This document shows positions 57,190 through 64,000 of a stretch of 64,000 bases of DNA, piece by piece (position 1 is the stretch's first letter; the number at the start of each line of letters is the position of its first letter). The stretch is from an uncultured Actinomycetes bacterium (lineage in GTDB: Bacteria > Actinomycetota > Acidimicrobiia > IMCC26256 > PALSA-555): NCBI GenBank assembly GCA_963821325.1, contig CAWGDC010000006.1, positions 474,060 to 538,059 of the forward strand, written 5' to 3'. The translations under genes were made by a program, and so were the position numbers. The notes below the pieces were generated by a model that worked only from the letters and a program-made list of their open reading frames with translations, did no database searches and was not told where the DNA came from.

Positions 57190-58901
57190 TGAGCGGTGCA
57201 AGCTGGCTTCAATACGTCGCGTTGATCGCCCTCCTTGCGGTCACCGCGCCGCTGCTGGGGCGCTACACCGCCGATGTCCTCGAGGGCGTTCCCTCACGGC
57301 TCGACCGACTGTTCGGTCCCCTGGAGCGGCTGATCTACCGGACGTGTCGGATCGACCCCGACCGGGAGCAGCGCTGGAGCGTCTACACGCTCTCGCTCAT
57401 CGTGTTCAGCGGCGTCGGGATCCTGTTCCTGTACCTGATCCAGCGGGTCCAAGACGGGCTGCCGTTCAACCCGGTGAACTTCGCGAGCGTCTCCCCGGCG
57501 CTGGCGTTCAACACCGCGACGAGCTTCGTCACCAACACCAACTGGCAGGCCTACGGCGGTGAGGCGGTGATGAGCCACTTCACCCAGATGGTCGGCCTCA
57601 CCGTCCAGCAGTTCATCTCCGCCGCGGTCGGGCTCGCGGTCATGGCGGCGTTCATCCGTGGCCTCTCACGCGCCGGTCAGCGCACGGTCGGCAACTTCTG
57701 GGTGGACCTCATCCGCACGACGTTCCGAATCCTGCTCCCGCTCGCGTTCGTGTTCGCGATCGTGCTGGTGGCGTGCGGTGTGATCCAGAACACGCATGGC
57801 TTCACGACCGTGCACACGGTCGCGGGCGCCACTCAGCAGATCCCGGGTGGCGTCAACGCCAGCATGGAATCGGTGAAGCAGCTCGGCACGAACGGCGGGG
57901 ACTGGTTCAACGTCAACTCGGCGCACCCGTTCTCGAACCCGAACGGGCTCTCGGACTTCTTCGAGCTGTACGCGATCCTGCTCATCGGCTTCGCGATGCC
58001 GTTCACCTTCGGCCGGATGGTCAAGGACAAGCGGCAGGGTTACGCCGTGGTGGCGATCATGTTCGTGATCTTCCTGGCGGCGACGCTCAGCCTTATGTTC
58101 CTCGAGGTCGGCGGGAACCCGAAGCTGACCCAGGACGGTGCCACACAGACGGTCACGGCCACGTCGCCGGGCGGGAACGCCGAAGGCAAGGAGGTTCGCT
58201 TCGGACCGAGCGCGTCGGGCTTGTGGGGGGCCGCGACGACGGGGACCTCGAACGGCTCGGTGAACTCGATGCATGACAGCTACACGCCGGCTGGCGGCCT
58301 GGTGGCGCTGGGCGACATGAAGCTCGGCGAGATCTCGCCCGGTGGGGTCGGCACGGGCCTCAACGGCTTGCTGATCATCGTGATCCTCGCGGTCTTCATC
58401 GCGGGTCTCATGGTCGGGCGAACGCCGGAGTATCTCGGCAAGAAGATCCAGGCCCGGGAGGTCAAGCTCGTTGCCCTCTACGTCTTGGCGATGCCGGCGG
58501 TGGTCCTCGCCGGCACCGCGTTCTCGGTGTTCGTCCAATCGGTGCTGAATAAGTCGATCTACAACCCAGGACCGCACGGCTTCTCCGAGCTGCTGTACGC
58601 GTTCACGTCGGCGGCGAACAACAACGGCTCGGCCTTCGCCGGCCTCACGGCGAACACCGCCTGGCTGAACAGCACCTTGGCGCTCACGATGTGGGTGGGT
58701 CGCTTCTTCACGATCATCCCGTCGCTGGCGATCGCGGGCTCGCTGGCCCGGAAGCGGCACACGCCGGCCACCGCGGGGACGTTCCCGACCTACACGCCCT
58801 TGTTCGTGGTGCTGGTGCTCGGCGTCGTGGTCATCCTCGCGGCGCTCACGTTCCTTCCCGTCCTCGCGCTCGGTCCGATCGTCGAGCAGCTACACATCTA
58901 G
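57189..58901 (+). CDS. kdpA: potassium-transporting ATPase subunit KdpA
   Basis: ORF 57189..58901, 570 aa, with TNTNWQAY and NNGSAF. Confidence 0.97.
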   Translation: MSGASWLQYVALIALLAVTAPLLGRYTADVLEGVPSRLDRLFGPLERLIYRTCRIDPDREQRWSVYTLSLIVFSGVGILFLYLIQRVQDGLPFNPVNFASVSPALAFNTATSFVTNTNWQAYGGEAVMSHFTQMVGLTVQQFISAAVGLAVMAAFIRGLSRAGQRTVGNFWVDLIRTTFRILLPLAFVFAIVLVACGVIQNTHGFTTVHTVAGATQQIPGGVNASMESVKQLGTNGGDWFNVNSAHPFSNPNGLSDFFELYAILLIGFAMPFTFGRMVKDKRQGYAVVAIMFVIFLAATLSLMFLEVGGNPKLTQDGATQTVTATSPGGNAEGKEVRFGPSASGLWGAATTGTSNGSVNSMHDSYTPAGGLVALGDMKLGEISPGGVGTGLNGLLIIVILAVFIAGLMVGRTPEYLGKKIQAREVKLVALYVLAMPAVVLAGTAFSVFVQSVLNKSIYNPGPHGFSELLYAFTSAANNNGSAFAGLTANTAWLNSTLALTMWVGRFFTIIPSLAIAGSLARKRHTPATAGTFPTYTPLFVVLVLGVVVILAALTFLPVLALGPIVEQLHI

Positions 58902-58913
58902 GAGCCAAGAACG

Positions 58914-61019
58914 ATGGCCGTAGAAACGATGGCGCAGGGATCCACGAGCAAGGCCCCCGGGTCCCAGACGAAGATGTTCGAACCCGCGCTGATGCGGCGG
59001 GCGATCATCGACAGCTTCGTCAAGCTCGACCCGCGCACCTTGTACCGCAACCCCGTGATGTTTGTCGTCGGGGTCGGGTCGGTGCTCACGACCATTCTGT
59101 TCTTCACCGAGTACAACGCGGCGACGCCGAACGTCAACGTGTTTGTCGGCCTCGTGGCGCTGTTCCTGTGGTTCACCGTGCTGTTCGCCAACTTCGCCGA
59201 GGCGTTGGCCGAGGGGCGCGGGAAAGCGCAGGCCGACACGCTGCGCCAGACCCGCTCCGAGACGATGGCGCACGTCCGGCGCAGCGACGGCCGCATCGAG
59301 GAGGTCGCCAGCGGTGACCTCGAGGTCGGCGACGAGTGCGTCGTGAGCGCCGGCCAGACGATCCCGAGCGACGGCGACGTCATCGAAGGCATCGCGACCG
59401 TCGACGAGTCGGCGATCACTGGCGAGTCTGCGCCGGTGATCCGCGAAGCCGGTGGGGACCGCTCCGCGGTCACGGGTGGCACCACCGTGCTGTCCGACCA
59501 GATCGTCGTGCGGATCACCGCCCGTGCCGGCGAGACGTTCCTCGACCGCATGATCGCCCTGGTCGAGGGTTCCAAGCGTCAGAAGACACCCAACGAGATC
59601 GCGCTCAACATCCTCCTCGCCGGGCTGACGATCATCTTCTTGCTCGTCGTCATGACCCTGCAGCCGTTCGCGATGTTCGCCCAGGCGGAACAGACGATCG
59701 TGATCCTCGTCGCGCTCCTCGTGTGCCTGATCCCGACCACGATCGGCGCGCTCCTGTCCGCGATCGGCATCGCCGGCATGGACCGCCTGGTCCGGCGCAA
59801 CGTGCTGGCGATGAGCGGCCGCGCCGTCGAGGCCGCCGGCGACTGCGCCACGCTGCTCCTCGACAAGACCGGCACCATCACCTTCGGGAACCGCCAGGCG
59901 GACGCGTTCCTCCCCGCGCCGGGCGTGACCGAGCAGGAGCTCGCCGACGCAGCCCAGCTGTCGAGCCTGGCCGACGAGACCCCCGAAGGGCGCTCCATCG
60001 TCGTGCTGGCCAAGGAGCGCTACGGCCTCAGGGAGCGAGAGCTCGCCGGTGCCGAGCTGGTGCCCTTCACCGCGCAAACCCGCATGAGCGGGATCGACTT
60101 CCAGGGTCGCGCGGTGCGCAAGGGCGCGGCGGACTCGGTGCGTCGCTGGGTGGAGGACCAAGGCGGGACCGTGCCCAACGAGCTCGGCACGGCCGTCGAT
60201 TCGATCGCAGCCCAAGGCGGGACGCCACTCGTCGTGGCTGAGACCAGCGCCGCGGGGGGTGCCCCCCGCCCCCCGCGTGCGCTCGGCGTCATCTACCTCA
60301 AGGACATCGTGAAGCCCGGCATCTCGGCTCGCTTCGATGACCTGCGGCGGATGGGGATCCGCACGGTGATGATCACCGGCGACAACCCGCGGACCGCTGC
60401 CGTGATCGCCAAGGAAGCAGGCGTGGACGACTTCCTGGCTGAGGCCACCCCCGAAGACAAGATGGCCCTCATCCGTCAGGAGCAGCAGGGCGGTCGCCTC
60501 GTGGCCATGACAGGGGACGGGACGAACGACGCGCCGGCGCTCGCCCAGGCCGACGTTGGCGTGGCGATGAACACCGGCACCCAGGCGGCCAAAGAGGCCG
60601 GAAACATGGTCGACCTCGATTCGGATCCGACCAAGCTGATGGACGTCGTCGAGATCGGCAAGCAGCTCCTGATCACACGCGGCTCGCTCACCACGTTCTC
60701 GATCGCCAACGACGTGGCGAAGTACTTCGCCATCATTCCTGCGATGTTCGCCGGCTTCGCCAGCGTGAGCGTGCTGAACAGGCTGAACATCATGTCGTTG
60801 GCTTCACCGCGCTCCGCGATCCTCTCGGCGGTGATCTTCAACGCGTTGATCATCGTCGCGCTGATCCCACTCGCGTTGCGAGGAGTGAAGTTCATCCCCA
60901 CGAGTGCCGCGCATCTGCTCCGCCGCAACCTCCTGATCTATGGAGCCGGCGGCGTGGTCGCGCCGTTCATCGGTATCAAGCTCATCGACCTGCTGGTGAC
61001 AGCACTGGGAGTCCACTGA
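58914..61019 (+). CDS. kdpB: potassium-transporting ATPase subunit KdpB (P-type ATPase)
   Basis: ORF 58914..61019. It has [19 protein letters not shown] and TGES. Confidence 0.97.
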   Translation: MAVETMAQGSTSKAPGSQTKMFEPALMRRAIIDSFVKLDPRTLYRNPVMFVVGVGSVLTTILFFTEYNAATPNVNVFVGLVALFLWFTVLFANFAEALAEGRGKAQADTLRQTRSETMAHVRRSDGRIEEVASGDLEVGDECVVSAGQTIPSDGDVIEGIATVDESAITGESAPVIREAGGDRSAVTGGTTVLSDQIVVRITARAGETFLDRMIALVEGSKRQKTPNEIALNILLAGLTIIFLLVVMTLQPFAMFAQAEQTIVILVALLVCLIPTTIGALLSAIGIAGMDRLVRRNVLAMSGRAVEAAGDCATLLLDKTGTITFGNRQADAFLPAPGVTEQELADAAQLSSLADETPEGRSIVVLAKERYGLRERELAGAELVPFTAQTRMSGIDFQGRAVRKGAADSVRRWVEDQGGTVPNELGTAVDSIAAQGGTPLVVAETSAAGGAPRPPRALGVIYLKDIVKPGISARFDDLRRMGIRTVMITGDNPRTAAVIAKEAGVDDFLAEATPEDKMALIRQEQQGGRLVAMTGDGTNDAPALAQADVGVAMNTGTQAAKEAGNMVDLDSDPTKLMDVVEIGKQLLITRGSLTTFSIANDVAKYFAIIPAMFAGFASVSVLNRLNIMSLASPRSAILSAVIFNALIIVALIPLALRGVKFIPTSAAHLLRRNLLIYGAGGVVAPFIGIKLIDLLVTALGVH

Positions 61020-61021
61020 TC

Positions 61022-61816
61022 ATGCGCCGCCAGATCCTCCCCTCCATCCTCGTGGTGCTCGTCTTCACCGTGATCTTCGGAGCCGCCTACCCGCTCGTGG
61101 TCACCGGCATCGCCCAAGCGTTCTTCAAGAACAAGGCAGACGGGCAGCTCATCACCAGCAACGGCAAGCTGGTGGGCAGCAAGCTCATCGGCCAGGCCTT
61201 CGTCGACAGCAACGGCAACGCGATCCCGAAGTACTTCCAGTCGCGTCCCTCCGCTGCTTCGGGGGCGAGTGCCACGACGTCCAACGGCTACGACGCGACC
61301 CTGAGCAGCGGGTCGAACTACGGCCCGTCCAACCCCCTGCTGGTCGGCTTCATCCCCGGGTTCAACACCGTCGACCTCAACGGCAACTCCTCCAAGACCA
61401 ACCCGTTCGCCACGAAGGACGACCCCTACTGCGTCCCGATGGACAAGAAGACGATGATGCCGGTAACGAGCCCGAGCCCCGGTGAGCAGTTCGCCAAGAA
61501 GAACGGCGCCTACGTCTGCGACTCAAACACCGTTCCGGAGCGAGTCAGCGCGTACCAACAGCTCAACGGGCTCTCGTCCAGCACCCAGGTCCCCGTCGAC
61601 GCCGTCACGGCCTCCGCCTCCGGCCTCGACCCCGACATCTCAATCGCCAACGCACGCCTCCAAGCGCAACGCGTCGCCACGGTACGCGGCCTCCCGCTGA
61701 GCAAGGTCGAGGCGCTCATCAACCAGTACACAACCGGCCGCGACCTGGGCTTCCTCGGAGAAAAGGCCGTCAACGTGCTGGAACTGAACCTGGCACTCGA
61801 TCGCACGACGTCCTGA
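61022..61816 (+). CDS. kdpC: potassium-transporting ATPase subunit KdpC
   Basis: ORF 61022..61816. It has an N-terminal TM helix, YPLVVTGIAQ and SGLDPDIS. Confidence 0.93.
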   Translation: MRRQILPSILVVLVFTVIFGAAYPLVVTGIAQAFFKNKADGQLITSNGKLVGSKLIGQAFVDSNGNAIPKYFQSRPSAASGASATTSNGYDATLSSGSNYGPSNPLLVGFIPGFNTVDLNGNSSKTNPFATKDDPYCVPMDKKTMMPVTSPSPGEQFAKKNGAYVCDSNTVPERVSAYQQLNGLSSSTQVPVDAVTASASGLDPDISIANARLQAQRVATVRGLPLSKVEALINQYTTGRDLGFLGEKAVNVLELNLALDRTTS

Positions 61817-61940
61817 TCCGGGCGACGTGCCCAGCGGGGCGCGGCGGGCTGCGCTGAGCGAACGTGCTCATCGCCCTGCCGTTTCCCTTAACCGTGTGGG
61901 GCACAGACGAAGTTCGTCGCTTCATCGTTCGACACCACGC

Positions 61941-61980
61941 TCCGTCCGGAAGTAGCGGACTCCGTCCGGAAGTAGCGAAC
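61941..61980. repeat. tandem 20-bp duplication (TCCGTCCGGAAGTAGCG + 3 nt, x2)
   Basis: Read directly: 61941-61957 and 61961-61977 are identical 17-mers. The site lies in the kdpC-mrpE intergenic region. Confidence 0.85.
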
Positions 61981-62230
61981 CAGCCTGACCTCGGAGGGCG
62001 CCGCGAGCGGTCTTCGACGCCCACGTGCGCGGGTCTGCGACGTGGCTCGCCTTCGGCGGTTGCGCAGCCTGGATCGAGGTGAGGGCTGGGTCGCCGCGCC
62101 GCGTCCGACCGCGATGGCGACTGTGATCGCCCGGATCTCTCCCGCACGACCGAGCGCGACGCCACTACAGTGCTCGTGGGAGCGCCGGGAAGTCTGGTCG
62201 GCATGTAGACGTCGGTCGCCCGGAGGTCCC

Positions 62231-62791
62231 ATGGCGCTTGAGCCTGCTGACGCGCCCCCGGTCACGGCGCGACGCCTGACCCGTTCCCGGCTGCGCTTCG
62301 GCCTCGCCTGGTGGGCCGTCCTCCTGGCCGTCTGGCTGCTCTTCGTCGACTCGCTCGCGGCGCCCGAGGTGCTCGCCGGCGTCGTCGCCGCCGCCGTGGC
62401 CGCCAGCGTCGCCGAGACCGTCCGAGAGCTCGGCTACGTCCGGTTCGCGCCGCGGCTCCGGTGGGTGCGCCACGCCCCCCGGGTCGGCGGGCAGATCCTG
62501 GTCGACTGCGGCGTCCTCTTCGCCGCCCTCGTCTGGCGGCTGTTCCGGCGGCGGCCCCTTCGCGGCGTGATGCTGCGCATCCCGGTCCGCTACGGCGACG
62601 ACGGCGCCCGCGACGCGGCCCGTCGCGCCCTGCTGAACTTCGGGGTCTCGATCACCCCGAACAGCTACGTCGTCGACCTCGATCAGGAGACGTCCACCGT
62701 CCTGATCCACCAGCTCGTCGCCGGTCCCGTCGACCCGCTGGTGGAGGGGTACGACGAGCCGGCGAGCGCGGGTGACGGGAACGACGGATGA
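62231..62791 (+). CDS. mrpE: Na+/H+ antiporter subunit E (MrpE/MnhE-like)
   Basis: ATG at 62231 follows GGAGG (62222-62226), in ORF 62042..62791. It has two N-terminal TM helices and ITPNSYVVDLD. Confidence 0.75.
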   Translation: MALEPADAPPVTARRLTRSRLRFGLAWWAVLLAVWLLFVDSLAAPEVLAGVVAAAVAASVAETVRELGYVRFAPRLRWVRHAPRVGGQILVDCGVLFAALVWRLFRRRPLRGVMLRIPVRYGDDGARDAARRALLNFGVSITPNSYVVDLDQETSTVLIHQLVAGPVDPLVEGYDEPASAGDGNDG

Positions 62792-63039
62792 CCGTCTGGC
62801 TCGCGGCCTGCACCGCGCTGCTCGTCGGGCTGATCCCGCTCGGCGCCGTCATTCTGCGCCGCTCGGTGCTCGAGGGGCTCGTCGCGCTCGAGCTCGCCAG
62901 CGTGATCAACACCCTCATCCTCATGTTGCTCGCCGAGGCGTTCCACCGGCCCGGGTTCATGGACCTCGCCCTCGCCCTCGCGCTGCTGGCCCTCGCCGGT
63001 GGCCTCGTCTTCGCCCGGCTGGTCGAGCGATGGATCTGA
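62788..63039 (+). CDS. mrpF: monovalent cation/H+ antiporter subunit F (MrpF-like)
   Basis: ORF 62788..63039, 83 aa, 3 TM helices. The start overlaps the mrpE stop. Confidence 0.8.
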   Translation: MTVWLAACTALLVGLIPLGAVILRRSVLEGLVALELASVINTLILMLLAEAFHRPGFMDLALALALLALAGGLVFARLVERWI

Positions 63040-63347
63040 GCGCCGTCGCGGTCTGGGTGCTCGTCGCCTTCGGTGTCGCCGTCGAGCTGGCCTGCTGCGT
63101 CGGCGTGGTCGTCATGCGCGACGTCTACGACAAGCTCCACTACACCGGGCCGGCGACGATCCTCGGGCCGCTCGCGTTCGCCACCGCCATCGTCGTCCAG
63201 GAGGGCGTCGGGCAGGCCGCGGTCAAGGCGCTGCTCATCGCCGGGCTGCTCCTCGTCGCCAACCCCGTCCTGACCCACGCCACCGGCCGTGCCCTCTACA
63301 TCCGCCAACGCGACCACCTGGAGCCCGCACCCGAGGACGGGCCATGA
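63030..63347 (+). CDS. mrpG: monovalent cation/H+ antiporter subunit G (MrpG-like)
   Basis: ATG at 63030 in ORF 62772..63347. It has VVMRDVYDKLHYTGPATILGP, typical of MnhG. Confidence 0.8.
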   Translation: MDLSAVAVWVLVAFGVAVELACCVGVVVMRDVYDKLHYTGPATILGPLAFATAIVVQEGVGQAAVKALLIAGLLLVANPVLTHATGRALYIRQRDHLEPAPEDGP

Positions 63348-63583
63348 ACGTGCTGGTCGGCGCCGCGTTGGTGCTCGTCGGCGCGTCCGGCACGGTCGTG
63401 GTGGTGCTCCGCGACCCGCTGCGCCAGGCCCTCGCGGTGAGCATGTTCGGGATCCTCCTCGGGATCCTGTTCTTCGCGGTGCAGGCCCCGGACGTGGCGC
63501 TGTCCGAGATCGTGGTCGGCGCCGTCGCGCTCCCCCTCATGATCCTGCTCGCCCTGGCCAAGATCCGCGGTGGCGTGCGATGA
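63344..63583 (+). CDS. DUF4040 / MbhD-like (MnhB-related) membrane subunit
   Basis: ATG at 63344 in ORF 62999..63583, 79 aa. It has APDVALSEIVVGA. Confidence 0.65.
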   Translation: MNVLVGAALVLVGASGTVVVVLRDPLRQALAVSMFGILLGILFFAVQAPDVALSEIVVGAVALPLMILLALAKIRGGVR

Positions 63584-64000
63584 CGCGCCGCACCCGCCGG
63601 GTCCTCTTCCTCGGGTCGGCGGCCGTCCTGGCCGTCGTCGTGCTCGCCGGGTTCGGCCAGCTCCCCGCGTTCGGACACCCCGCGGCGACGCTCGGCCAGG
63701 TGCTGAACACCCTCGCCGTGCCCCAGCAGCACATCACCGACGTCGTCACCGCGGTGAACTTCAGCTACCGCGGCGCCGACACCCTCGCCGAGGAGTTCAT
63801 CTTCTTCGCCGCCGTCACCGCCGCCGTGCTGATCCTGGCCCCCCTCGACGACGAGGTCGCGGACCACGCCGCCGACGCGGCCACCGGCCGGTGGGTGCCC
63901 CCGACGAGCGACGCGGTCCGCGTCCTCGCCCTCGCGCTCGTCGGGCCGACCATCCTCTTCGGCCTCTACATCGTGGTCCACGGCCACCTGACGCCCGGCG
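63580..64000 (+). CDS. MnhB/MbhE-like antiporter subunit, partial (continues beyond window end)
   Basis: ATG at 63580 overlaps the upstream stop (ATGA). The frame stays open to 64000. It has VTAVNFSYRGADTLAEEFIFFAAV, which is the MnhB-domain motif. Confidence 0.7.
   Translation, partial: MTRRTRRVLFLGSAAVLAVVVLAGFGQLPAFGHPAATLGQVLNTLAVPQQHITDVVTAVNFSYRGADTLAEEFIFFAAVTAAVLILAPLDDEVADHAADAATGRWVPPTSDAVRVLALALVGPTILFGLYIVVHGHLTPG

Overview
High-GC window (hand-counted 60-nt lines are about 72-76% G+C) of Actinomycetota type, mostly core genes. In order: PadR-ino1, panB, rpsF-ssb-rpsR-rplI-dnaB, tatA/tatB, nucS, and the HspR heat-shock regulon (dnaK-grpE-dnaJ-hspR and clpB, each preceded by a HAIR-like inverted repeat). 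Then a nearly complete de novo purine set (purA, purD, purB, purC, purS, purQ, purL, purF, purM), a BldC-like regulator, four tRNAs, msrA, two Ltp-thiolase/DUF35/enoyl-CoA-hydratase clusters, kdpDE plus kdpFABC, and the start of an Mrp/Mbh-type antiporter module. Accessory content: (1) A divergent gene pair between purL and purF encodes a TIR-TM-14xWD40 protein and an 8-TM protein with a C-terminal RyR domain. This is my best candidate for an undescribed signalling or defence module. (2) A solo TnpB (IS200/IS605-family, IS1341-like) element sits beside tRNA-Lys. (3) An intact tRNA-Gly and a degenerate copy bracket a GPP34-like gene. (4) The kdp block (about 52.0-62.2 kb) has lower GC. The sequence as written carries about 20 apparent +/-1 frameshifts, 12 of them in one 4-kb acyl-CoA operon (11.0-15.0 kb). 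These are either assembly indels or real gene decay. Disrupted genes are reported as single spans covering all fragments. No rRNA, CRISPR array, integrase or prophage was seen. Many long ORFs in the track are antisense or off-frame shadows typical of high-GC DNA and were not called. Start codons were chosen by hand and are approximate. Family names come from motif recognition, not database searches.
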